Below are positions 36,773 to 44,985 of a stretch of 64,000 nt of DNA, piece after piece. Both the position numbers and the translations under genes were made by a program. Numbering within the stretch: the first letter of the stretch is position 1; every line of letters starts with the position of its first letter. Location: contig CALUWE010000006.1 of assembly GCA_944324425.1 (NCBI GenBank), positions 39,071 through 103,070 on the forward strand, in the 5' to 3' direction. Source of the DNA: Candidatus Gastranaerophilales bacterium (GTDB taxonomy: Bacteria; Cyanobacteriota; Vampirovibrionia; Gastranaerophilales; Gastranaerophilaceae). The notes below the pieces were generated by a model. It had not been told where the DNA came from, did not search any database, and saw only the letters and a program-made list of their open reading frames with translations.

Positions 36773-37750
36773 TTATTTTACAAAAAATGATTTTATAATT
36801 CTTTTAATCGTGTTTCTGTCAAATGAAAAAATTACCCTGAATATCATTTTTCGAACATTTAGTGGGTTAAATTGTGAACAAAAATAAGAATAATTTCCAA
36901 AAATAAACCTTAAAACATCCTGCCTTATTCTTTTATTGTACCCCACATAAAGCTTAATGGTTTCGGGTTTTAAGTATCTGAAATTCCCCAAAACGGGGTT
37001 TGCCGACGAAAGATTTGTATTATGCCTTCTATATGCCATTAAAGGCGCTGAAATTGTTGCAGAACCCCCTATTAAATGTAAAAATGAAAAAACTATTTTA
37101 TCAGCCCCTTTTCTCCAATCTTGTGGGGTTTTATATCTTAAAAGATACTCTAAGGGCGCTCTTCTCATTAAAGCAGAACTTGTGGGGTTCCAATTCCAGC
37201 TCCCGAAAGGGTATTTTTTTATATCAAGAACTTTTACTTCATAATTTTCGCCCAACCTTGATAAATCAAAAATTTCATCCAAGGTTTTTATCTTATCTTC
37301 AAATCCCTTGTTTTTAAACATCGGGCTTGCGTTTGAATTAAGCGACATTATTGTTGAATTTTCATCTATTTCAAATTGAGAAGAACTTGTAAAAGCAACT
37401 GATGTTTTCATATGAACATCAAGAGAAACAGAGAGAAAATCGGGCAACAAAATATCGTCTGCATCAAGCATGACAACAAACTGTCCGGATGATACTTTTA
37501 AACCTTCCAGAAATGCGCCGAACTGCCCTGAATTTTTTTCAAGATAAATTATTTTTAAATTTTCTTTATCTTGAATATTTTCTAAAACTTCTTTTGTATT
37601 GTCAGATGAACAATCATCTACAACAATAATTTCAAAATTTTTATAGGTTTGGCGCCTAACACTTTGAATGGCTTCAGCTAAAAATCTGCCTAAGTTATAA
37701 CAGGTTATAATAACGCTTACTTTTGGTTCTTTGAAAGGTTCTTGTATCAT
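36773..37750 (-). CDS. family 2 glycosyltransferase
   Basis: VSVIITCYN....L.EAI.SV..QTY.NFEIIVVDDCSSDNT and an LDADD motif. Confidence 0.88.
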   Translation of the reverse strand: MIQEPFKEPKVSVIITCYNLGRFLAEAIQSVRRQTYKNFEIIVVDDCSSDNTKEVLENIQDKENLKIIYLEKNSGQFGAFLEGLKVSSGQFVVMLDADDILLPDFLSVSLDVHMKTSVAFTSSSQFEIDENSTIMSLNSNASPMFKNKGFEDKIKTLDEIFDLSRLGENYEVKVLDIKKYPFGSWNWNPTSSALMRRAPLEYLLRYKTPQDWRKGADKIVFSFLHLIGGSATISAPLMAYRRHNTNLSSANPVLGNFRYLKPETIKLYVGYNKRIRQDVLRFIFGNYSYFCSQFNPLNVRKMIFRVIFSFDRNTIKRIIKSFFVK

Positions 37751-37772
37751 AAACCAATTTTACCATATATTT

Positions 37773-38669
37773 TTATTTTGCCCCGTTTATTTCTTTTAAT
37801 TTCTGATAAATCTTTTTTTCTTCATCCGTGATTTTATCCGGAAAAACGGCTTTAATTTGTGCAAAATAATTCCCTTTATAACCGTTTTGTATATTAAGCT
37901 TTATTTTGGTCTCGGGCTTTGTAAGAGGAGGAATTACAACTGAAACAAGCCCTAAGTCTTTCACGCTTATTTCTTTTTTAACCCCCAAAATGCATTCAAA
38001 ATAAGGAATATCGACATAAACTATAATATCATCACCTTCAAAATAAAGCTTTTTATCAGGCTCTATTATAATTTTTAAAAACAGTTTTTTATCATACAGT
38101 GCGCTTGAATTAACCTTGCCCACATAAATAAATTCACCCGCCTGAACATTTTTTTTGATTTCAATATCAAATTGCCTTAATTCTTTCTTTTCGCCTTCTC
38201 CAAGACAAAAAGCACACTTTGAACCGTTTATAAATTTTTTGCCCATGCATTTTGGGCACAATTGCTTGTTTAAAATATTAACAGTTCTGATGGCACCCGA
38301 TTTTGCTTCGGCTTCGGTTATTTTAACTTCTTTTATAATTGAATTGTTGTCAGGATAAATTTCTTCTTTTTTATAAACCGTTTTTTCTTCTTTTCTAAAA
38401 TATTCTTTTTTCGGCGCCAAAATCTCGTTTTTTTTAAAATCGGAAACTTTTATATTTAAAAGAGAATCATAATTTTTTCTTTTAATTTCATCAGATAAAA
38501 TTTCATACGCATTATTTAAAAGTTTAAATTTAATTTCCGCATCTTTTGATTTGTTAACGTCAGGGTGATAAATTCTCACAAGCCTTTTATAAGCAAGTTT
38601 AATTTCCTCTTTTGTTGCATTATAACCAATATCTAAAATTTCATATAAATTTTTAGTACAATCGCCCAT
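37773..38669 (-). CDS. J-domain protein (DnaJ-like, reduced zinc-finger region)
   Basis: NLYEILDI...AYKRLVRIYHPDVN with the HPD motif. Only two CxxC motifs are present (CPKC, CAFC) instead of four. Confidence 0.85.
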   Translation of the reverse strand: MGDCTKNLYEILDIGYNATKEEIKLAYKRLVRIYHPDVNKSKDAEIKFKLLNNAYEILSDEIKRKNYDSLLNIKVSDFKKNEILAPKKEYFRKEEKTVYKKEEIYPDNNSIIKEVKITEAEAKSGAIRTVNILNKQLCPKCMGKKFINGSKCAFCLGEGEKKELRQFDIEIKKNVQAGEFIYVGKVNSSALYDKKLFLKIIIEPDKKLYFEGDDIIVYVDIPYFECILGVKKEISVKDLGLVSVVIPPLTKPETKIKLNIQNGYKGNYFAQIKAVFPDKITDEEKKIYQKLKEINGAK

Positions 38670-38831
38670 AATAACTTAAAATTTAATAATTTTTTTAAAA
38701 AAAACAATGTTTATTTTTTAACTTTTATTAAGAAAGAAAGAAAAAAATATTGTAAATTTCTTGCATGTTGATTTTGTACATGCAAAAATGTTCATACTAA
38801 AGTATTGAAAAAGATTTTTTAATGGGGAAAT

Positions 38832-38867
38832 GGGGGTTTTTAATAAACTCCCCTTTTTTTAATCAAA
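38832..38867 (+). terminator. orphan terminator-like hairpin with no upstream plus-strand ORF
   Basis: gggggttt...aaactcccc followed by ttttttt. No plus-strand CDS lies upstream of it. Confidence 0.4.
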
Positions 38868-39081
38868 AGTTCAAAGCAAGCACAAATGCCGCTTTTCAGC
38901 TTTTTGTCTTTTATATAAAATTCCTTTCTTTTGCTGTTATCAAAATATAAATATTAAAATTTAAAAATAGCCGATTTGGGTAATTATTCAGCACATAAAA
39001 ATTTTTAAGAAATTTGAACCAAAAAAAGAATTTATATGTGGAATTATGCCGTCTTTTATAGTATCTTTTAGTTAAGGTTAG

Positions 39082-40053
39082 TTGTTATTGGTTTTATTGA
39101 TGGAAGAAAAAAGGCTGTCTCTTGAATCAAAAACAGAATTTCAAACTATATTGAAACAGGCGGAATTTGACCCTGATAAATTTTTCGACCAAATAAAAAA
39201 CAAATATGATAAAAACGAATTATCCGCACTGTTAAGAAGCATTTTATTTGAGTCAAACAACATTAAACTTTTAAAAAACACAATTCAAGAAATTGCAACA
39301 TTAAAATTTGAAGAAAATCTGGATGATCTCATTGACTTTTTAATGAGCAAAAATTTTAACCAAGAAATTGATAATAACGAAATAATTAACCTTAAGACTT
39401 TTTGCATAAAAGCAATTTCATATTATAAAGATAAAAAATGCATTCCTGTGCTTTTGTATTGCCTGAATGACAAATCAGCAAATTATAAAATGCGCTTTCA
39501 GGCAGCCGAAGCCCTGGGTAAAATCGGGGATAAAATTGCTGTTGAATCTTTAATAAACGTTGTATCGGATGAAGATGAAAAATCTGTTTATGTAAGAGAA
39601 TCCGCAGCCGTTGCCTTGGGTATGATTGGGGATATGAGAGCGATTGACCCGTTTTTAACCATATTAGAAGCAAAGAAAAATTTCTTGGATAAATTCACCT
39701 TCTTAAAAGAAAGAGTAATGGAAGCCATCAGTAAAATTAATTTTCAAAGCAACAAAAGGGTAATAACAGCTTTTAAAAACGCTCTTGAGGATGATTCCCC
39801 GAGAGTCCGAATTAATGCAATCGAATGCCTTATGAATTCTGAAGATGAAAATGCCTACGAAATTATAAAAACAAAGCTGCAAGATACCGATGAAGAAGTT
39901 ATAAAAAATGCGGTTGTCGCCCTTTATAACTTAAAAGGGAAAGAAGCTTTATTTGAAATTTTAAAAGACGATACTCTGCCAATTGCCGCCAAAGATGAAG
40001 CGGATGAAATTTACAGAGAATATGAAGACGAAAGACAAGAAAACAATGGATAA
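39082..40053 (+). CDS. HEAT-repeat (PBS-lyase HEAT-like) protein
   Basis: Repeated units such as RFQAAEALGKIGDKIAVESLI and VRESAAVALGMIGDMRAIDPFL. The start is either the TTG at 39082 (AAGG SD nearby) or the ATG at 39100. Confidence 0.75.
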   Translation: MLLVLLMEEKRLSLESKTEFQTILKQAEFDPDKFFDQIKNKYDKNELSALLRSILFESNNIKLLKNTIQEIATLKFEENLDDLIDFLMSKNFNQEIDNNEIINLKTFCIKAISYYKDKKCIPVLLYCLNDKSANYKMRFQAAEALGKIGDKIAVESLINVVSDEDEKSVYVRESAAVALGMIGDMRAIDPFLTILEAKKNFLDKFTFLKERVMEAISKINFQSNKRVITAFKNALEDDSPRVRINAIECLMNSEDENAYEIIKTKLQDTDEEVIKNAVVALYNLKGKEALFEILKDDTLPIAAKDEADEIYREYEDERQENNG

Positions 40054-40720
40054 AAAAGGAGTTATTCTTCTGTCTTCCGGTCTTGATTCTTTAGTTAGCC
40101 TTTATATGGCAAAAAAAGAATGCGATATTGTTTTGGCCCTGACATTTGATTACGGTCAAAAAGCCGCATGGGATGAAATCAATGCAGCTAAAAAAATAAC
40201 ATCAAAATTTAATATTGAACACAAAACAGTTGCTCTTCCCTTCTTAAAAGAAACGGTAAATAATGCCCTCACTGATGATTCCAAAACCCTTGAATTTGAT
40301 GAATTAGGTGTCAATTCCATGAAAGCCGTTTGGATTCCGAACAGAAACGGGCTATTTCTAAATATAGCTGCAATGTATTGCGACAGCCTTAATTTAGACT
40401 GCATTATCTTCGGCGCAAACAAAGAAGAGGCTGAAACCTTCAGCGATAATTCAGTTGAATTCAGCAAAGCGGCAGATGAATTTTTTAAATTTTCAACCTT
40501 AAAAAAACCAAAAATTTTAGCACCTTGTGTTAATTTGGAAAAATATGAAATTGTTCAAAAAGGGGTTAATTTAAATGTTGACTTTTCACTTCTAAAAAGC
40601 TGCTATAATTCAATTCAAAAAACAGGAAAAACTCATTGCGGCAAGTGCGAGTCATGTAAAAGATTATACGGTGCAATTGTAAAATCAAATAATAAAAACT
40701 TGCTAAATATCATATTTTAA
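40046..40720 (+). CDS. queC: 7-cyano-7-deazaguanine synthase
   Basis: MDKKGVILLSSGLDS PP-loop and the C-terminal zinc site CGKCESCKRL. I chose the ATG at 40046; the longer ORF from 39983 is only the overlap with the HEAT gene. Confidence 0.9.
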   Translation: MDKKGVILLSSGLDSLVSLYMAKKECDIVLALTFDYGQKAAWDEINAAKKITSKFNIEHKTVALPFLKETVNNALTDDSKTLEFDELGVNSMKAVWIPNRNGLFLNIAAMYCDSLNLDCIIFGANKEEAETFSDNSVEFSKAADEFFKFSTLKKPKILAPCVNLEKYEIVQKGVNLNVDFSLLKSCYNSIQKTGKTHCGKCESCKRLYGAIVKSNNKNLLNIIF

Positions 40721-40733
40721 ATAAACTTAAATT

Positions 40734-41285
40734 ATGGAAAAATTATTTATAGATAAAGAAATTAAATATACAGGCGCTGAACTTTCCCCTCATTGGATTT
40801 ATAAAAATTTCCATATAAAAGGCGATGCCATTGTTTGTTTCAAAGGCCCTGTCGATGTTCAATTAACAGAAATGGTTGATATTGAAGATGTCATAAACAA
40901 TGAACCCATTAAAAGCGACAAAATGGCAAACTTTATAATCGAAGTTTTTAATTCAAATTTAAGAGAAATGATTATAAGGCAAAGGCTTTTTATATCAATC
41001 ATTAAAGAAACCTTAGAGGATATGGGAATTGTTGTTAAAAGAAAAGGGGATGACCTTTTTTATAACGGCAAAAAACTTTCCGTTTCAATTGCAACAAAAT
41101 CAACCGTTTCAACTCTTATTCATACAGGGATAAACCTTGTTTCAACAGGAGCACCCATTGAAGTTTCTTCCATCAAAGATATGGAAATTATTAATGAGGA
41201 TTGCTTTATTGAAGAAATTATGAAAAGATTTTGTATAGAGATTGAAGATATAGAATTTGCCAAAGTAAAAGTAAGAGGCATATAA
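40734..41285 (+). CDS. hypothetical protein, possibly DUF366 family
   Basis: Size and the N-terminal pattern (LSPHWIYKNF.I.GDAIV.F.G...V....MVDIEDV) resemble DUF366 as I recall it. It is tightly linked to queC. Confidence 0.45.
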   Translation: MEKLFIDKEIKYTGAELSPHWIYKNFHIKGDAIVCFKGPVDVQLTEMVDIEDVINNEPIKSDKMANFIIEVFNSNLREMIIRQRLFISIIKETLEDMGIVVKRKGDDLFYNGKKLSVSIATKSTVSTLIHTGINLVSTGAPIEVSSIKDMEIINEDCFIEEIMKRFCIEIEDIEFAKVKVRGI

Positions 41286-41300
41286 ATTGGGGAATATTAT

Positions 41301-42122
41301 ATGGGCATGGAACCGTTTGATTATCTGACCTATAAAAGAAATAAAACTCTTTCAAAAACCGCTCAAATAAAACCGAAAGACAAAAAAATTATCGGTATAA
41401 TCTGTGCCGTTACCTTTGTTACAATATTTATTTTAGCCATGATTTTTATTGCTTCAAAGTCATCTAAAATTGACATTGAATACGGAAGATTGGGACAAGC
41501 TTCAAACGATACCGTTCAGGTTGAAGTTGAAAATAATACAGAACCCGAAGAAGATGAAAACCTTCATAAATTCACAATAGACAAAAGGCTTTTTTTAATC
41601 CAACAAGAAGAAAAAGGGCCGTCTGAAAGCAGGGTTGTAAAGAAAAGAGACCAAGCGGAAGTTATCTCGCAGGAAGAATTTAATAATTTAAAAACAAACA
41701 GCGAAGAGGTTATAAAAACTGCAGAAAAGCAGCTTGCACAAAATCCGCCCGCAGACAAACCGCAGGCTGAACAAAATAAAAAAACGGAAGAAACAGCGGC
41801 AAATTCTCAAACAGCGCAGCCGGACCAAAACAAGGTTGTAATGAAACCGAAATTACCTGTTAAACCTACTGTAACACCCTTGGGCGCACTTGAAACCCCT
41901 CAGATAACATCAAAAGTTTTAATCGGCAAATATTACTCGCTTGAAGATGCAAGAAAAATGAAAGATTCAATAACAGGGCTTCCTGAAGGGGTTACCCCGT
42001 TTGTCAGAAAAGTAAGCACTTATTATGCCGTTCAAATAGGTTCATACGACAGCTTTGATTATGCAAGAGCCATAGCTTCAAGATTAAAAGCGCAAGGCTA
42101 TGACGTTTGGATTCTTCAATAA
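41301..42122 (+). CDS. SPOR-domain protein with an N-terminal membrane anchor
   Basis: TM helix IIGIICAVTFVTIFILAMIFIA, a low-complexity linker, and a C-terminal SPOR-like YYAVQIGSYDSFDYARAIASRLKAQGYDVWI. Confidence 0.75.
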   Translation: MGMEPFDYLTYKRNKTLSKTAQIKPKDKKIIGIICAVTFVTIFILAMIFIASKSSKIDIEYGRLGQASNDTVQVEVENNTEPEEDENLHKFTIDKRLFLIQQEEKGPSESRVVKKRDQAEVISQEEFNNLKTNSEEVIKTAEKQLAQNPPADKPQAEQNKKTEETAANSQTAQPDQNKVVMKPKLPVKPTVTPLGALETPQITSKVLIGKYYSLEDARKMKDSITGLPEGVTPFVRKVSTYYAVQIGSYDSFDYARAIASRLKAQGYDVWILQ

Positions 42123-42206
42123 AACTTAACAAGAAGGTTTGACAACATTTTATGTTTGTTTTACTTTTAGATTAACGCACAAATTTTGTTGAAAGGACTA
42201 ACTAAA

Positions 42207-42401
42207 ATGTCAGTAGTTTGCGATATATGCGGTAAAACAGCAAAAAAAGCTTCAAAGCTTTCTTTTTCACATAAACACAACGTTTACAGACAAATGCCAA
42301 ACTTGCAACCTGTTAAAATTGTTCTTGCTAACGGCACCGTTAAAAGAGCAAAAGTTTGCACATCTTGCATCAGAAAAGGCAACTTTACAAAAGCTGTATA
42401 G
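42207..42401 (+). CDS. rpmB: 50S ribosomal protein L28 (Cys-containing form)
   Basis: MSVVCDICGK....SKLSFSHKHNVYRQMPNLQ and CTSC. I chose the ATG at 42207 over the TTG at 42186. Confidence 0.88.
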   Translation: MSVVCDICGKTAKKASKLSFSHKHNVYRQMPNLQPVKIVLANGTVKRAKVCTSCIRKGNFTKAV

Positions 42402-42421
42402 TTTTGTTTATTCAAAATTTT

Positions 42422-42456
42422 AAAAAAGCTTCAAAGTTATTCTTTGAAGCTTTTTT
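42422..42456. terminator. bidirectional terminator
   Basis: aaaaaa-gcttcaaag-ttatt-ctttgaagc-tttttt. Confidence 0.85.
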
Positions 42457-42461
42457 GACTG

Positions 42462-43769
42462 TTAAAAACGATTCAAAAACTTATCTATTGTATTAATTAA
42501 GGTTTTTATACTATACGGCTTCGGAAGATAAAAATCCGCACCTTTAGATAAAATGGTTTTTTTGTCTAAAATATTTGTTGAAAAAATAATTGTCGGCATT
42601 TTTTCTTTTCTTCTTCGATAAATTTCTTTCGCCGTATCAAGAGCCATCAGCCCTTCTTTTTCATTTTCCGTTCCCCAATCCAAAATAATTAAATCGGGTA
42701 AGTAGTCAACAAGACAATCGGTAAAATTTTCATATTTATCGCATATTTTAGTTGAATAGCCGTTTATTATGCAATTTGTTTCAATCAAAAGTCCCAAGGC
42801 TTCGTCTTTTTCCATAATTAAAATTTTGTTTTTTTGAATATCGTCAACCGAGCCGTATAACTTGGGCCTGTCTACTATATAAGTTGATTTTTCGGCATTT
42901 TTTAGAGGTTTTATTAAATTGAAAAGATTTTGAATTATTTCATACGAATTTTTATGCAGTATGGAATTATACTCAATAACAGCTTCTGAAATTTTCATTA
43001 AAGAAACCTTTTCTTCTTCTTTTGAATTCGATGAATTTATTGTAAATTTGTTCGAATAATCAAATTCCGTATAAAACCTGTTTAGAATATTATCAAACGC
43101 AAAAGCGAAAAATTCGGCCAATTTTTCAGCTTTAACAGGGCTTGTAACAACCAAAAACTCATTTTGACTCCAATGCCCGACCGTATCTTCTTTTGTAACC
43201 GCAGAAGATATTATTGCCCCTATTGTCTGCAAAACCTTTTCTGAAGCAATTTCACCGTATATTTCTCTGTAATTGTTAATACCGTCCAGTGAAACTAAGA
43301 TTGCGGAAAATGTTTTATTCCGCTTTATTATTCTGTTCAAATTTTTTCTTGTTAATTTTTCGTTCAAAAAACCTGTAAGCGGGTTAATCAAGCTTTCAAT
43401 ATGCCTTCTGATATGGGCATTTATTCTTGCTTGAAATTCCTTATTCGGCATTGATTCAGACAGGAAATCGTCGGCACCGGCATTTAAAAGCTCAAGCTTA
43501 TCCGATAATTCATCCGATTTTGAAACCGCAATAATAGAAGGTCTGAAATTATAGGTTAAAATTCGAACCTTTTTGATAAATTCTTTTATATTTTCTTCAA
43601 TTGTGTCTGAAATTATAATAAATTCAAACTCATTGTTTCTGATTTCGCCTATTGCATCCGATAAATTGTTAACAAGAACAACATCTGCCATTAATAATTT
43701 AAGAATTTTTTTATAACGAACCGCAAGCTCGCGTCTTTTGCTTATAATAAGCACGGAAGGATTATACAT
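42462..43769 (-). CDS. response-regulator-like protein: atypical REC, degenerate GGDEF domain, C-terminal REC
   Basis: The GGDEF-fold region begins PLTGFLN, but the active-site motif reads HWSQNEF instead of GGDEF/GGEEF. The C-terminal receiver has DLIILDW, IIFST and YLPKP. Confidence 0.75.
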   Translation of the reverse strand: MYNPSVLIISKRRELAVRYKKILKLLMADVVLVNNLSDAIGEIRNNEFEFIIISDTIEENIKEFIKKVRILTYNFRPSIIAVSKSDELSDKLELLNAGADDFLSESMPNKEFQARINAHIRRHIESLINPLTGFLNEKLTRKNLNRIIKRNKTFSAILVSLDGINNYREIYGEIASEKVLQTIGAIISSAVTKEDTVGHWSQNEFLVVTSPVKAEKLAEFFAFAFDNILNRFYTEFDYSNKFTINSSNSKEEEKVSLMKISEAVIEYNSILHKNSYEIIQNLFNLIKPLKNAEKSTYIVDRPKLYGSVDDIQKNKILIMEKDEALGLLIETNCIINGYSTKICDKYENFTDCLVDYLPDLIILDWGTENEKEGLMALDTAKEIYRRRKEKMPTIIFSTNILDKKTILSKGADFYLPKPYSIKTLINTIDKFLNRF

Positions 43770-44499
43770 TCTTCACCCCTTCCGTTTTTATGGCGCTTAA
43801 TTTTGTAAAATCTTCCAAAACAAAAACGGGAAAACCGATGAGAAATTCAACGCTTTTTTCTTTTTCATTGCACTTCACTTCAATTTCACCGTTCATTTTT
43901 AAAACCAAATTTTTAACAATAAAAAGCCCTAAGCCGGATCCTTGTGTTTTTGAAGTTAGGTAAGTTTGGGTTCTGTAAAATTTATCAAAAATTTTTTCTT
44001 TTTCACTCTCTTCTATAATTTCACCGTAATTTTTTACGGAAATATAATTCTTTCCGCCCTTAATATAGGTTTTAATTTCTGCAACATTTGAACCGTTTGA
44101 GTATTTACAGGCGTTATCCAAAATGTTTATAAAAATTTGCTCCAGAGCATCTTTATCCAAACTTGAAAATAAAGAAGGGGAAAGATTTTTTTTAAAAATA
44201 AAATCTTTGTAATTAACTTTAACAACATCAATTGACTTTAACAAAATTTCATTTATATCTGTTTTTTTAAACACCAAATTGTTATATTCAACGTCGCTGT
44301 CCGCAGCATTCAGCGCATTTTCAACAAGGTTTATAAGCCTTATTGACTGTTCTTTTATAATATTTAAAAATTTCTTTTTTTGTTCATCATTTAATTTATC
44401 ATAAGAACCCAAAATGGTTTCCGCAAACCCCTTTATGCTTGTTAAGGGGGTTCTTATCTCATGGTTTATTGTAGATAAAAATTCTTTTTTATTATCCAT
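43762..44499 (-). CDS. soluble histidine kinase core (HisKA and HATPase only)
   Basis: H-box INHEIRTPLTSIKGF, N-box ILDNACKYS and G2 box GSGLGL. There is no TM segment or sensor domain. It overlaps the downstream regulator gene by 8 nt. Confidence 0.85.
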   Translation of the reverse strand: MDNKKEFLSTINHEIRTPLTSIKGFAETILGSYDKLNDEQKKKFLNIIKEQSIRLINLVENALNAADSDVEYNNLVFKKTDINEILLKSIDVVKVNYKDFIFKKNLSPSLFSSLDKDALEQIFINILDNACKYSNGSNVAEIKTYIKGGKNYISVKNYGEIIEESEKEKIFDKFYRTQTYLTSKTQGSGLGLFIVKNLVLKMNGEIEVKCNEKEKSVEFLIGFPVFVLEDFTKLSAIKTEGVKNV

Positions 44500-44507
44500 A
44501 AAATTAA

Positions 44508-44867
44508 TTATAGCGCTTTTTCTTTGATTATTTCAAATATCCGGTTCAATCTGGCCTTGTCATTTAAGTAAAAATAACCGATTAAAACTTCAAATGCAGT
44601 TGCATATCTATGAGTTTGAGGATTGTGCTTTTTTGAAATCGTTAAGGATAAATTTCTGCCCCTTTTTAAAAGCTCTTTTTCATCCTCTGTTAATAAAGGC
44701 TCTAAAATCTCAATTAAAGAGCTTTGAAAATCAGCATTTACATATTTTACGGTGTTATTATGAATTGCTTTTTGTACATTGAATTTTTGAATTACGTATT
44801 CTCTGATAAAAAGTTCCCAAACCGCATCTCCGATATGAGCATAATGTTTTAAATTGTATTCGGCCAT
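44508..44867 (-). CDS. mrnC: Mini-ribonuclease 3
   Basis: YAHIGDAVWELFIREYV, RGRN and ATAFEVLIGYFYL motifs, typical of the Mini-III family. Confidence 0.85.
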   Translation of the reverse strand: MAEYNLKHYAHIGDAVWELFIREYVIQKFNVQKAIHNNTVKYVNADFQSSLIEILEPLLTEDEKELLKRGRNLSLTISKKHNPQTHRYATAFEVLIGYFYLNDKARLNRIFEIIKEKAL

Positions 44868-44985
44868 TTTTAAATTTTACCATGGATTTTTATTAACAAA
44901 AGTTAATATTTGACATAAAGCTGTCAATTCAAACATTAAAAATAACTTTATTTTTATATAGGGAAGTTTATTTTCGGAGTTTATT

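Noticed and set aside
38670-39081. preQ1 riboswitch upstream of the queC-containing operon
   Set aside because: I could not find the conserved preQ1-I hairpin with its A-rich tail or any other known aptamer core. queC is the second gene, and the terminator-like hairpin lies more than 210 nt from the first start codon.
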